Under the pieces are notes generated by a model. That model did no database searches. It was not told the origin of the DNA and was given only the letters and a program-made list of their open reading frames with translations. Source: the human T2T-CHM13v2.0 reference genome, Homo sapiens. From it: 64,000 nt of DNA. The stretch is taken from the NCBI RefSeq assembly GCF_009914755.1, contig NC_060947.1; one strand, 5' to 3'. Positions 25,690-41,750 of this stretch are shown piece after piece. Made by a program: the position numbers and the translations under genes. The stretch's first letter is position 1, and each line of letters begins with the position of its first letter.

Positions 25690-26460
25690 GTGTGCTAGTT
25701 ATCAATCTAATACCTCTTAGCTCCAAATTCACCCTTGTTGCCTGCTCTGTGAAAATGGTTCTGGGCCCTTTATATATTTTTCCTTTGCCAGCTGGCACAA
25801 TGTTAAGCTTTGTCAGTAGAGGGCGTTAGGGAGACATTTCAGGAGGAAGGGGCTTTTCTTTGTGGGTCCTGTGTGCTGGTGTGCTAGGTGTGCTCACTTG
25901 GCAGGTTCCTGTAGTTCAGGCTTTCAGCTTCCCCAGGGCCCAGTTCCCACAGCACACACAGCTCCCCAAGCACCAGGTTCCTGCAGCATGTGCAATTTTT
26001 CAAGCATGCAGCTCTGGTAGTATAATCAGCAGTGCCCAGCAGCTTCTCCCAGTACCCATCCCTCAGGATGTTTCATGGTGGGGTGCCTATTGTGAGATAC
26101 CTCTCTGTGACCAGCTTTCCCTGACACTATAGAGGGTGGATTTCCCAGAAGTTCCACAGGGCAGAATTCCAGCAAGTTCTGCTGATGTAGTACCACAGCA
26201 ATTTCTCTGCTATTTAATGAGTCATGACTGTGCCCTTGTCCTGCAAGATATGGATCTCAGCCCTGGGGAAAAGGTTCTCTCCTGGGTGCCCTAGTTCAGC
26301 TCTAGGTGTAGGGGCTGCTCCTTATATTTGTTAGTCCTATATTCTTTGTAGTTGTTTTTACTTCTTACTGGCCAATCCCCTGTTATAGTTAATATTTATA
26401 TTAAAATTTTTCTGTTCAAATTACTGTGTGATTTCTCTCTCCTGATGTTTTCCAGACATA
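25690..26460 (+). mobile_element. ERVL LTR (LTR50/LTR33-like)
   Basis: ctcttagctccaaattcaccctt...tttgccagctggcacaatgttaagctttgtcagtagagggcg; 3' ttaaa.tttt.ctgttcaaattactgtgtg. Confidence 0.65.
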
Positions 26461-28293
26461 TAGGGTTAATTCCTCTTCCTGCATCTCAACATTCTGTAAG
26501 GTGATGACTAGGGCAAAGGGATACTTCTAGGGATACCTACATTCGTAGGTAGGGAGGATGGACTTTTCCTAGAGACAAGGTCCAAAGAGAAAAGAGCATT
26601 TTCTTTTTCAGGAGGTAAAAGATGACTTCTCTGTCTTGCTTTTTAATATACAAAAATGAGTTAGAACACGTGTGGCCTTTCACTTGCTCAATTTTTTTCA
26701 ATGAGGAGGAAAGAACCTGTTAGATAGGAAAGGAAACTGAAGTCTGTGGACTGCGTGGATTGTGAGACTCAAAGGACTCATGATCATTCAGAGTTTAAAC
26801 AGTGCTTAAAGCTCTATAGCCCAGGTATTCCAAGGGGGAAGTGACTACTTGTGATGATAGCCTTCAAATGACTACCATCTTTAATATAATGACCAATATT
26901 GTACTCAATACCTCTATGACTACCCATACAACCCTTACTCAAAGCTCAAGGTTATATCCCCTCCTCTGCAAGAGATCAAATGTTTTCTTTGCTTAAAATT
27001 TTGCTTTTCCATGGACATATGTATAGAAATTTTCAGACATCATAAAATTCATGAATTCTGGAAAAAGCTTCTGAATCCTCAGGGTAGAAGTTTGGGGTTT
27101 AGAGTTTGCACATCAGGATGTTTTCCAAATATCACTAAGAGAAATGATTTTCACAAGTGCAGAATACCATCATAATTTTTATATTACTCATGGATTTATG
27201 CAGCTGAGTTCCTTTTGAATTTGAGTAAAATATTTTCCAAAACACTTGTTGTTAATTAACTACTACCTTTCTACCGTGACTATTTTTTTTGCTTCCTGCC
27301 TCCAACCAGCTCAAAGTATAATACTGTCTCTCCAAAGCTCAATGACTAAGAAATGGAAGGCAAGTAGTTAAATAGGAGATAATATGGAAACGTAAATTTC
27401 AAGGTCTGATCATCAACTAAAATGCTCCCTATCATAATACAAATTCATCTTTGTGATATTTATGAAGCATTGGCTCACAACAAATTCAGAAATACTAAAA
27501 GCGTCACAGCTAATCAGATGGCCTGCTCAATCACTAGAAAGTTTCTAACATACACTTCCCATGTGCTAGAACCCTCATAGCAATAACAACAGCATTGGAG
27601 GCCATAGCAGCTTTCGATAAAGAATGTTTAGCCAAAGTGGCCTGGAATACCTATGGTCTTTGAGAGGCTTCCACGTGGTCCTCCAGATCATCCAAGGTAT
27701 TGTGTGTTCATGTGTGGGTGAAGGTCCCAATCAACACAGGTGAAAGAGAGAAGTCTGAGCCACAGGGTACGATTCTCCTGCTAGAAAACCAGTCAATTAA
27801 AGTTTCAGAAAATCGGTCCAACTATAGTCTCTGTTTCCCTTCCTGTGTTTGCTCCTCCAAATTTTGGTTCTGGCCCAAGTTCTTAGATGCCTTCACTAGC
27901 CTTCCCTTTGTCACTCTGTCCTCCACATATACGCACATGTATATACACAGAGGGATCATATAACCAAGAATAGAATGGGAAAAGGAGCATTGTTTCAGAG
28001 CAGTCTGATGTTTTATACTGCAGTAGCTGGTGGGGACAGGTGGAAGTGACATGTAGAAATTTGTTGCTCCAGTTAGAACTTCCTAAAGAATAAGAAGACC
28101 ATTGATATTAACCAGGAGTTGCTGTGAACCAATGCAGACCTGCCTTCATGTTCAGAACAGAAACCAGTCCTATGTTGCTGCCATTATAATGATTGTAGAT
28201 TAGAGCACTAGTTTTTACCCAGGGTGGTTGGATGGTCTGGCACATAAAGAACTGGTACTGACAGGAGGAGAAGCCTAGTGTTTAAGATGGGCC

Positions 28294-28867
28294 TGTAAAT
28301 CAAAAAGCATCTGAGACAAGTCTCAATCAATTTAGAAAGATCCTTTGCCAAGGTTAAGGATGCACCTGTGACACAGCTTCAGGAGGTCCTGATGGCATGT
28401 GCTGAAGGTGGTCAGGGAACAGCTTGCTTTTATACATTTTAGGGAGACATAATACATCAATCAATACATGCAAGATTGACATTGGTTTGATCTGGAAGGG
28501 CAGGACAACTCGAAGTGGTGGGGGGCAGAGGGTGGGATGGGGGGAATGGGGGGCTTCCAGGTCACAGGTAGATTTAAATATATTCTGATTGGCAATTGGT
28601 TGAAAAAGTTATCAATAGAAAGGAATGTCTGGGTTATGATAAGGAGTTGTGGAGACCTAGGTTAGAGAGAATAGACTGTAACTGTTTCTTATCAGACTTA
28701 AGGTCTGTGTTGATGTTAATGCTGGAGGGGTATAATGAGGCATGTCCAACCCCTACTACTGTCATGGCCTGAACCTGTATTTCAGGTTAAATTTTAGGGT
28801 GCCCTGGCTGAGGAGGGATACATTCAGATGGTTGAAGGGGGCACTGGAATTTTATTTTTGGTTTACA
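28294..28867 (-). mobile_element. ERV1 solo LTR, MER4 family
   Basis: Termini tgtaaatcaaaaa...ttttatttttggtttaca; 4-bp TSD GGCC (28290-28293 / 28868-28871). Confidence 0.88.
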
Positions 28868-29189
28868 GGCCTAAGGATCAAGACCTGGGTTTGATTATCA
28901 GATTCCCCCTATCAATGAGCAAGGTACTTAATCTCTCTGAATTAGTTTTCTCATGTGCCAAATGGTAATAATAGTATGTGCATTATAGAATGTTTTAAGG
29001 ACTAAGTAAAATAAGGTGCATAAAGTTTACGGTACATAGCAAAAACTCCATATGTGTTAGCTATTATTATTTCTATAGTTTTATTTATAAAAGGCATAAA
29101 GCCATAACATCTTCTGTTGCCTTATTCTCTTTTGCTAGTTTTGGAGATGTGGATAGAGGAGGTGTTGCCAGGGGTAACAAAAGATGGGA

Positions 29190-30467
29190 GCCATACAAAT
29201 AGTCTCAATTGATTTTTGACAAAGGTGCAAAACCAATTCAATAGTTTTTAACAAAATATTACTGGAGCAACTGGACATCCACAGTTGGGAAAAGGAGGAG
29301 GAGAAACTTGATCTAAGTCATACTCAAAATGAAACACAGTATCCCTGAAGAATACAGATGCAAAAAATTTCAACAAATTTAACAAATACTAATGAACCAA
29401 ATTCAACGGAATTCTATTAAAAAGATCACACATCATGATCAAATGGGATTTATCCCTAGGATACAAGGATGGTTCAACATACAAAAAATAATTAATATGA
29501 CATTGAGAGAATAAGAATAAAAATCACATGATTGTCTTAATGGGTGCAGAAAAAGTATCTGATAAAATTCAACACCCTTTTTTGATAAAAACTCTCAACA
29601 AACTGGAAATAGAAGGAAAGGACCTCAGCATAATAAAGGTCATATGTGACAAGCCCACAACTATATCACACTCAATAGTGAAAAACTGAAAGCTTTTCCT
29701 CCTAAGATCAGGAAGAAGGTAAAGAGGCCCACTTTCACCACTTCTATTCAACATACTACTGGAAATACTAGCCAGAGCAATTAGGCAAGAAAACGAAATA
29801 AGCATCCAAATAGGAAAGCAAAAGGTAAATTATCCCTGTTTCCACAGGACATGATTTTATATATAGAAAATCCCAAAGACTCCATTAAGAAAATGGTTAG
29901 AACTAATAAACAAATATAGTAAAATTGCAGGAAACGAAATCAATATAGAAAAATCAGTTGCATTTCTATACACTAACACTGAACTATCTGAAAGAGAAAT
30001 TATGAAAACAATTCCTATTAATAATAGCACGAAGGAGAATAAAATACTTAGTAATAAACCTAAATAAAGAGGTAAAAGACTTGCATAATGAAAACTACAA
30101 AACATTGACAAAAGTAATTAAAGAAGACACAAACAAATGAAAAGACATTCCATGTTCATGGATTGAAGACTTAATATTGTTAAGATGTTCATACTACCCA
30201 AAGAGATCTACAGATTCAATGCAAGCCCTATCAAAACCCCAGTGACATTTTATTTTCACAGAAATAGGAAGAACAATTTTGCAATTCATAGGGAAATCCA
30301 TAAGATCACAAATAGCCAAATCAATATTGAGAAAGAAGAAAGCTGGAAGCATCACATTTCCTGATTTAAAAACTATTACAAAGTCGAAGTAATCAAAACA
30401 GTATGGTACTGGCTTAAAGATAGATATGTAGACCAATGGCACAGAATGGAGATCCCAGAAATAAATC

Positions 30468-30502
<35 letters not shown>

Positions 30503-31755
30503 ACAGTTAATTGATCTTCAACAAGAGCACCAAAAATACGCAACAGGGAAAGTACAGTCTCTTTAACAAACAGTGCTGGAAGAACTGGATATCCACATGC
30601 AAAAGAGTACAATTGGACACTTATTTTACACCATACACAAAAATCAACTAAAAATGAATTAGACTTAAATGTAGGACCTGAAATGTAAAACTCCTAGATG
30701 AAAACAGGGGGAAAGCTTCTTGACATTCGACTAGGCAATGATTTCATGTATATGACACCAAAGCACGTGTAACAAAACAAATATAAACAAGTGGGTCTAC
30801 ATCAAACTAAAAAGTTTCTGTACAGCAAAGGAAAAACTCAACAGACTGAAAAGTCAACCTATGGAATAGGATAAAATATTTATAAATCATATATCTGACA
30901 AAGGGTTAATCTCTAAAATATATAAGGAACTCCTACAACTCAATAACAAAGAAACTTAACAGCCTAATTTTAAAAACAAGTTAAGGACTTGAACAGACAT
31001 TTCTCCAAAGAAGACACACAAATGGCCAATAGCTATGTGAAAAAAATGCTCAACATCACTAATCATTAGGGAAATGCAAATCAAAACCATAATGAGAGAT
31101 CAATATATACCTGTTAGAATGGCTTTTTTTTTTTTTTAAAGTGACAACACCAAATGCTGGCTAGGATTCTGGAAAAGTTTGGCTGTTTCTTAAAGAAATA
31201 TGTAACTACCAAATGACCCCACAATTACACTCCTGAACATTTATCCCAGAGAAATGAAGACTTAAGTTCACACAAAAACTTGTACATAAATGTATATAAC
31301 TTTATTTATAATAGCAAAAAACTGGGAGAATCCCGATGCTCTCAACAGGTGAATGGTAAAACTGTGGCAAGCCCTACAATGGAATACTCAATCAACTATG
31401 GATACACACGATTATTCAAATGAATTTCAAGGGAATTATGCTGAGTGAAAAAAGCCAATCCAGAAAGATTACATATTGTATGATTCCATTTATATAACAT
31501 TCTCAAAATGTCAAAATTATAGAAATGGAGTACACATTAGTAGTTGGTGGAAGGCAGGAGGGAGGTGGGCAATATGAGAAACGGAATTGTTCTGCGTCTT
31601 CACTATATCCATGTCAATATCCTGGATGTGATATTATACTACAGTTTTGTAAAACGTTACTGGGTAAAGGATATATGGGACCTCTCCGAATTATTTCTTA
31701 CAACTGCATGTGAATCTTCAGTTATCTCAAAATTTCAAAAATTTAATTTTTAAAA
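29190..31755 (+). mobile_element. Composite old L1: decayed ORF2 (RT to C-terminus, ~29340-31120) with L1MC/MD-type flanking pieces and 3' end
   Basis: ORF2 hallmarks (gatgcaaaaa, tgggatttatccctaggatacaaggatggttcaac, ctattcaacatactactggaa) with many stops and frameshifts. Confidence 0.9.
30472..30500. repeat. (CA)n microsatellite inside L1
   Basis: Direct reading. Confidence 0.95.
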
Positions 31756-33389
31756 AAGGAAAAGAAAAAAGATGTGGATAGACAGAAGGAGCAGACTGAA
31801 AATAGTCTCTGCCATTTGCAATACAGTTCAGATAGGTGTCCCAGATTATAGCAGGATTTCTAGCTTGGCAGGCGAATCCACTGTACTGCAGAGATCCCTC
31901 TGGTGCAGGAAAGCAAGGCAGAGTTTTCCTGCAGAGCCAGCACTTGCTCCTCTCACCGGGATATTAGTTATTGCTCTTACAAATTTGGAAGCTGAGAGGT
32001 GTGTCACAATTAATGAAGGTTAGGAGGCTCTGGGTTAGAGTCAGAACTACTAAAGTTCCTGAAAGTCCTCCAAGCAGCTCTGTTGCTGAGATCTAGGCTG
32101 CTGGTGCAGAAGCCTCCTCGGAAGTAATTTAAGCAGAGTGGATCTCAGGGGTAATAGGAGTATTCTTTTGCTTGGCCTCTGAAGGAGACGAGGGCAGGCC
32201 ATATGACAGCTCTCTGTATGGAGACAGCACGGAAAAGTAAAAGAGAGGGCTGCGAGTTGTAGAGGAGAAAAAACTGAGAAATCATAAGCTTGACAAGGGA
32301 GAAAGCAGAAATTTCTCTGCCTCCATGTGTCTGGGTAATTGGGCATCAATTTACCTATCACGATGCCATGCAGTACTACAGGCAACTTGGAAGAAAAGTG
32401 TTGGGTAAAGAACAACTGAGTGTTGACATCTCATTTTTAAAGGCAAACTGTTCACACACAAATGATTGCACAGAATATTAAAGACCAGCCTTCTTTTCCA
32501 TCTGGATGATGGATCTATAAGGAGAATGCATTCATACCACTGGCAGAGTATTTTCAAATAGATACAATCATCTTTCTTGCTGCTCTCTTCTCTTCTGTGA
32601 TATCATTAAACATTTGATTAACACTGACTTTCAGGCCTTCCCAAACACTGGCTCCCTGTTTACCAAAACCACTGAAAAATGCCCAGGCTGACCACTGGCA
32701 ATCAATAGAGTTCCTTGGGGTTAGGTGAACATCCAATGTGTCTGAATTGAGACATTCAAAGGTGAATTGACAATCCTACTTATGTGAATGCCTGCTGCAG
32801 CTTTTGGGAACTGGCTGTCTCACAGGAGCAGTGCAGGGACATCACCACCTCTGTGCTCATTTTCCATCTTCCCTAATGCTCCAGAGGCATGGAGGAGAAT
32901 CTTGGGTTTCCAAGTACATTTTGTGTTCAGCCCATTTCCACAGGGCATAGCACCTTCCTGCTGTTTCCACCTTCTCTTCTGGCTGCCAGCTCTATTATCT
33001 CCATCAGAAATTTGATCCTGTTAGAAGTGCTGTGGGGTATTTTTGTCTATTTTTTAAATAGAGCCTTCCAGTTTCCTTTGGGCCATTATGTTCTCCTAAA
33101 GCAGTGCTTTGTCTTCAGTCATTAATATTTAATGTGACTAGAAGCTTTCACAAAAACCTATTGAGATGCACATGCTTTAGGTGGCAAAGCTGTTATTTAA
33201 TGATGTTGGCTGGGTATACTAATTCAACCTACCCATGAGGGAAGGTGACCTCCTGGTCCCTCTGGTTCTGTGTCTATATTAATAAAATGGAAACCTCTTG
33301 CCATTTATGAAAATATCTGTTCACCATAGAAGAGAGGAGGACTATAAGATTTTTTTCTGACATAATAAAAGTAACTGATTTCTAAAAAA

Positions 33390-33815
33390 TTGGAAAAGAA
33401 TATTAAAAAATACAAGTATGAAAAGTTGTACATACAATAAATGTTTATTATGGCATTGCTATAAGAAGAAAATAAATTAGGAATAACCCAACTGTCCAAT
33501 AACAGAGGATTGGTTAAATACATTAGATGACATATTTATATAATGGAAATCTTTGTAGCCAGTAGGAATGATGATGTAATCTATCTTTACTGACATTGAA
33601 AGATGCCAAGATACATTAATAGGTGAAAAAAATCAGGCTACAGAATAGTATGTACAATATGATTCAATTGTTTTTATTAAAAAAATAGATACACTGGCAA
33701 AAAAGCCAGAAAATGTATGCGATGAAATGCTGATAGAGGTTCTCTCTGGGTGTTGTGATTGTGAATGATTTTTCACATCTTTCTTCACATTTTTCTTCTA
33801 AATTTTTAAGCAGTA
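33390..33815 (+). mobile_element. Old L1 (L1ME-like) 3' fragment
   Basis: atgtttattatggcattg...acccaactgtccaataacagaggattggttaaata...atgctgatagaggttctctctgggtg. Confidence 0.7.
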
Positions 33816-33854
33816 GGCACAGTAAAATTATTTTGCTAAAAAATACTACGGGAT

Positions 33855-34143
33855 GGCCAGGTGCAGTGTCTCATGCCTGTAATCCCAACACTTTGGGAGG
33901 CCGAGGTGGGCAGATCACCTGAGGTCAGGAGTTTGAGACCAGCCTGGCCAACATAGTGAAACACCGTCTCTACTAAAAATACAAAAATTAGCCAGGCATG
34001 GTGACGGGCGCCTGTAATCCCAGCTACTCAGGAGGCTGAGGCAGGAGAGTCGCTTGGGGAGGGGGAGGTTGCAGGGAGCCAAGATTGTGCCACCACACTC
34101 CAGCCTGGGTGACAGAGTGAGACTCCATCTCAAAAAAAAAAAA
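33855..34143 (+). mobile_element. Alu (AluS-like)
   Basis: Full dimer; TSD aaat(a/g)cta(c/t)gggat. Confidence 0.96.
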
Positions 34144-34248
34144 TGCTATGGGATTGTGGCTATACAACTTATAAATTACTTTTACTTGAAATTGTAATCC
34201 AAATGACCTTCATATTTCCATTCAAACATCTGTTTTTAATTTAGAGAA

Positions 34249-34466
34249 GAGGATGGCAAACTTTTATGTAACGGGCTATACTAAGTAAGTATTTTAGGCT
34301 TTACAGCCCATGTAGTCACTTGTAACTACTCTGCCTTCCCCTTTGCAGTGCTAAAGCAGCCACAGACAATATGACAATTGGTGTAGCTATGTTCTAATAA
34401 AATTTTATTTACAAAAACAGGTAGTGGGCTGAATTTTGCCTATAGGTGGTATTTACTGACCCATGC
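34249..34466. mobile_element. MER58A-like hAT-Charlie MITE
   Basis: ggcaaactttt.tgtaa.gggc...aaagcagccacagacaat...ttttatttacaaaaacagg. Confidence 0.8.
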
Positions 34467-35211
34467 TCTAGGGGGCTAAATAAAGGAGGCCGAAGTCTCA
34501 GAATTAAGCTAGTTTTCTCTGTTCTCTTGGGTCAATGTGGGTAATATTAGTTGCTGCTCTCCAGAGTCAAGACCAAAATGGCTTGGAGACATCACTGGAG
34601 CGTCTCATTTTTGCTACTTGAGATGATAATTTTCACTCTCTATATTGGGGCCATGCTTTACATAGGGCCACCTTATCCACCAAAGTGAATCCTAGCTCTG
34701 CCAAAGATAAAGCTGTTGTGAGAGAAGCCCCCAAGTGACTCAGAAGGGTTGAAGAATTTACAACCAAACTACTGAGTGACCTTAGTTAGAACCAGAAATT
34801 TCAAAAGAATCAGTGCTTCCTGTAGCCCATCCGTACTAACATACTCCATAAACCAGTTTTCTGAAGAAGCGAATTATTATAGTGTATCTACAGAAAAGCT
34901 TTTAAGGAGTCTTAAAATGTCCAACAACAGCTTAATTTAGGAGTCTGAAAAAGACATACGTAGCTGAGGCAAAATATAATGGGGAAAAAGAAGGATGACT
35001 TAGCCAAAGATGGTATGGCACTCCTAGTCACAAAGAGCACCACGATACCCAGAATAGCAGTGGAACAAGGTTAACTATGTGAATTTAGTTCATTCTCTTG
35101 TCTTTGCCTTAAGTTACAATCAATGGTGCAGTTTCTTAAAGCAGTTTACTTGACATATATAATCTATAAAGAGTATTTTCCACCTTTTCTCTTCAAAGAA
35201 GAGTTACTTAT

Positions 35212-35253
35212 TGCATGCGCGTGCGCACGCACACACACACACACACACACACA
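35212..35253. repeat. Alternating purine-pyrimidine tract (TG/CG then CA)
   Basis: tgcatgcgcgtgcgcacgc(ac)n, 42 bp. Confidence 0.93.
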
Positions 35254-36846
35254 ACTTACTTCTGAAATGCTTCCAAAATACATAGCTTCCAGATCACCCC
35301 AATCCTGCCATCTAGAATATTATTAAATCACATTTAATGTTCTGGCCACTCAAAGATAGTCATCTAAGAAGAGAATGTATTAGGTCCAGGATCCACGGAA
35401 CCAGAGCCAACTACTTGGGATTTGGGGCTACAGCAGAGCCAGATGTCCCAAATTTCTAACCTGGGAATTTCTGACATACAGCACCCAAAATTTACTGATA
35501 GAATCTCAGGACTTGCAGGCAGCCCAGGACACCTGAGGAACAGTCCACAACAAGCCATTCAGAGGAGTAGGGAGTGGGTAAGGCAGTCTAAGGGGGACAA
35601 AAGAAAGGGAAGTGGGACAAGATCATCAAGAGAACCAAGAAAGTTCAAAGGATAATGTTTCAAAGGTTCACAAGGGGCTGGAGGATGGAGTCAAGATGCT
35701 AGGTGCTATGTGATCTAAGGGCAAAAGAGAGGACCAGAGAAGGAGCACAGACATGCTGTTAGTACTGGGGCTTCTATTTGATAGAGGCAGATTAAGTGAT
35801 TTGTTCAAGGCCCCCATCAGTTACCTTGAAATGTAAATTCACTCTTTCAGTTTCTACTCTGATGTTATATCCCACCATGCCATCCAGCTGTTCACAAAGC
35901 TGGTGTCTTTTCCTGAAGATTTAAACAACTTAGAAATATTGTGTAGTGTGTAGGTGTGAAATAGTTGCTTGACTCCTCTGCGGAGGTGGCAGAAATTTTA
36001 AGGTATGGAAACTTACTGTGCTAAAACCTGTAAGTGCCATATTCTGAATTAATAGGGCTGGATCTTTCCAGCTGTTCCTGGCTAGTGGATTAGGCAGCGT
36101 TTCCATTTTAGAGAAACAACACTGAAATCACTATAGCTACTTAAAAAATCTCAAATGTATAACTTAAATGAACTGATGTAGAGGAAAGCACAGTGGACAA
36201 GAAATATGGAGACTTGGGAAACTTGGCTTCTAGTGTCAGCTCCATCACTAGATATTCTGTGTTATTTTGACTAAGTCACTTCCTCTCTCTGGATGCTAGT
36301 TTCCTCACCTGTGATATGAGAGGGTTGGACTTGATAATCTCTAAGGGATCTTTCACTTGTAACATTTGATGATTCTGTAATTCCTGGTGTGTTTTCTCTC
36401 CTGACATTTATTCACAAGGGTCATTCTGCCCTCCACACAATTTAAGTTTTTGGCAAATCACAGATGGTCTAAAATAAAATCTCCCCCTTGAAGAGGGGAA
36501 AAGAACAGGATGTTTCTGCTGAAATAGCTCATGTCAGGTATGACCTTTCTAATTCAGAGCAGCTCTCTAGTGGTTCATTAACTCACCCCATGGGCAGCAC
36601 AGCAAGCAAGTACTATCACAAAAGGCCCCAACTGTGCAGCCAAAGAGAGCTGCTCTATTACCTGCTGAAAACAAAGTGGTTTCCTCTTTGTGTCCACATC
36701 GGTCAATTTTTAGATCAGGAACATATGCTTCTATCACTGAAGGAATCCTGGCCAACTAATAGAAACCATGTGCCAAGTCTAACACCTGCTTTGAAGACTA
36801 AGCTGGAGTCCCTTCTACAGGGAAGTGATGGAATTACTTCGAAATA

Positions 36847-37262
36847 CAGATGGTCCCTGACTTAAGATGGTTCGACTAAAATTTGTTTGACTTTACGATA
36901 TTGTGAAAGTGATATGCTCAGTGGAAACCATACTTTGAATTTTGAATTTTAATCTTTTCCCGGGCTAGTGATATTGGGTACATTAGTCTCCTGTGACGGT
37001 GGGCAGTGGCAGTGAGCTGCAGCTCCCAGTGAGCCACACGATCACGAGGGTAAACAACCAATACTGTATAGGGTACTGTGTTGCCAGATGATTTTGCTTA
37101 ACTGTGGACTAATATAAGAGTTCTGAGCATGTTTAAGGTAGGCTAGGCTAAGCTATGATATTCGGTGGGTTACATGTATTAAATCTATTTTGACTTACGG
37201 TATTTTCAATTTACGATGTGTTTATCGGGCAGTAACCCCATCTTTAAGTTGAGGAACATCTG
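36847..37262 (-). mobile_element. MER47B-like TcMar-Tigger MITE
   Basis: TIRs cagatggtccctgacttaagatgg / ccatctttaagttgaggaacatctg, TA on both sides, ~416 bp. Confidence 0.85.
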
Positions 37263-37893
37263 TAATTGATAAGAGTGGTTCTCTTTTCTAGACAATTAAA
37301 AATGGTTAGAAGGTTTAATAGTAATTATAATAGCCCATTTTTGTATAGTGCTTTATATTTTACAACACATGCTGATAAATGTATTTTCTCATTTACATTT
37401 TCTTAACAACCCACCGAGGTGAGGAGAATAGGTATTACTATCGCCATCTACCTGATAAGGAAAATAGGGCTCAGAGAAGTTAATGTTTGTCCCAGGTCAT
37501 AGTAGGTGGCAGCATTGAGAATGGAACTCACACCTTGACTTTGACTTGTCCAGCTAACTCACCAATATATTTCTCCAATTGTCCTGTTATACTTGTGAGA
37601 AGTTGTCAGGAATATAGGTTAAAGAACAGATCTTAGTACAGGGTCTAGATGCTACAAAGTAATTTTATGCTTATTTGAAGACTTCTGACATAGGTTTAAT
37701 TTGTCGGAATGGGATCGGTGGCTAGGAGGGCTCTGAGAAAATACATATAACACAATGAATTCAATTGATCATTATATATCTAGAGTCAAGGCAAATATTT
37801 ACTGAAAATCTACACAAGTGACCCTATGCAAGTGTTATGAGAACATATTTAAAATATAAAACATGGTTCCTGACCTCACAAAGATTCATAAGT

Positions 37894-38190
37894 GGCTGGG
37901 CGTGGTGGCTCACGCGTGTAATCCCAGCTTTGGGAGGCCGAGGTGGGTGGATCGCCTGAGGCCAGGAGTTTGAAACCAGCCTGGCCAACATGGCATAACC
38001 CTGTCTCTATTAAAAATATAAAAAACAGCTGGGCAAGGTGACGCACACCTGTAATCCCAGCTACTCGGGAGGCTGAGGCACAAGAATCACTTGAACCTGG
38101 GAGGCGGAGGTTGCTGTGAGCCAAGATATTCTGCCACTGCACTCTAGCCTGGGCACCTGAGTGAGACTCTGTCTCAAAAAAAAAAAAAAA
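37894..38190 (+). mobile_element. Alu (AluS/J)
   Basis: Full dimer with poly-A. Confidence 0.96.
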
Positions 38191-38592
38191 TTCACATGCC
38201 CTAAATAGTGTATAATGAAGGGTTAAATATGGTAGTCACAACAATAAGTGCTATGGTGGCATGGGAAAGAGAGAAGTCAGTGAGGGAAACATTCATGGAA
38301 GAAATGGAATTAAGCATTTAAAGGATGGATAGAATTTAACTGGCGGAGGGGAGGAAGAGGATGATTCTAGACTAAAGAGTGAGTAAAGGGTATGGGAAGA
38401 GAACAGCATGAGCTAAACCAAAGGGGCAGGCATACATGAGGTTGCATATCTGTGAGGATACTGATTTGAGTAGAGAGCAGTGGGAGAATGTCAAGTAGAG
38501 CCATGATTCACTCTAAGTGCTCAAAGGGCTGTCTGCCTTTCATAACATTCTGTTCACTTATGAATAAAATGCCATTGAAGGAAGACATAACA

Positions 38593-38800
38593 ATGGTTAA
38601 GAGCTTGGCCTTTGGAGTCAGACAGACCTGGGTTTGGGTCTCAGGATTACCACTTACTTGCTGTATTATCTTGGGTTAATTAATTAACCTCTTGGGGCTT
38701 AGTTTCCTCTTCTGTAAAATGGGCCTGCAATGAAGAGCCTATGATAAAATCCCACCAAGTACTGAGCAAAGTGCTGGCACATGAAAGCACTCATTAAATA
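38593..38800 (+). mobile_element. MIR
   Basis: tggttaagagc...ggagtcagacagacctgggttt...agtttcctcttctgtaaaatggg. Confidence 0.85.
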
Positions 38801-40016
38801 GGAAATGTAATAAAGGTGAGCCAATGAATGAAACTTCATTTTTATACATTTGTTAAGTTTTTTCATATGGAAAAACTAAAAAAAAATTTGATCCAACCAC
38901 TTGCTTTAATTTTTTATTCAAATTCTGATTCAGAAAACCATGATGGCCATAGCTGTGGGATGGAATAGGAGATGATGTTGAACAAGTAAGTTATGGTTTG
39001 ATGCTGCAGGACCGTCATGGTTAGTCTGAGGAGACTGCCCTGTGGGGAATATATATATGCCTTCTGACTAAGGAGAAGGAACCACGGGAATCAGCTCAAG
39101 GGCAGTTAGCAAACTGCTGGCAAAAGTGGCCCAAGGCTGAAAACTGCTCATCCTTATCTCCATCCACTTGACCCTCTGAGCTCCTTTCATTTTCTCCCTC
39201 TAAGAAGCATTTCTTAAAGGTATGGTATGCTGGACACACTTCCCTGCCCTCATATACTTTCTGATGGATGGGAAATTAGCATTTTGTTCTGGGTATAATC
39301 GCTTTCTAATAAGCAAAGGGTCAGATACACGGAGGAGTAGTCTAAGAAACTTCAGGGAAGGAAAACCCTGGCTTGAGAGAAGTAGAAGGAAATATCAGAT
39401 GCCAATAACAATAAACAACATAATCCCAGGAAAGAGCAACTGTTACCTGAGCCTGGAAGGTCATGAATGTGGCGCATGCTTTCAAAATAGGAGCCCAGGG
39501 ACATCGCTGTAATTACCAACCAAAGAGCCTCCCCTTAGTACCAGAAAAACAGATGGATACACTAATTAAAGGGGGAGAGACGGAGAACAATGCAATCTTT
39601 GAATGTGAGGGACTGAAGAGAGTCAACCTAGCTCTGTTTCCGATAAAGAAAACTGCCCTGTTAACTCTGGGTAGCTCTAACCAGCCACAGAAACCTATGC
39701 CAAATCAAGTGTTTTCAAATAGCATTCAAATATAATTTTCCTTTGTCCAGGGTGGACTGCAGTCTTGCTTTTGAAATAAATGAAGCCTGGGAAGCCACTC
39801 TCTATGGCCACATGTACCATTTTTCTTATGTTTAATTCCCCTTTCTTTTTCAGAGGAAGGGGAAACTCAGATTCTAAAAACGACAGCTTGCTGAGCTTGC
39901 TGGCTGTCACTGTTTAAAGAATGGCTTATTAAACAGATGATGTACAAGCACTTAAAAAAGTAAGTGCTGACCAGAAAGCCAGTGTAAGAACATGTCTGGT
40001 TTGGTACAGATAATTT

Positions 40017-41750
<1,734 letters not shown>

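Noticed and set aside
29340-31120. Reverse transcriptase-like sequence as an active or novel retroelement
   Set aside because: Ordinary decayed L1 ORF2 with multiple stops and frameshifts.
39896-39950. Small hairpin (ctgtttaa...ttaaacag) as a pre-miRNA
   Set aside because: Stem is too short, AT-rich and bulged; expected by chance.
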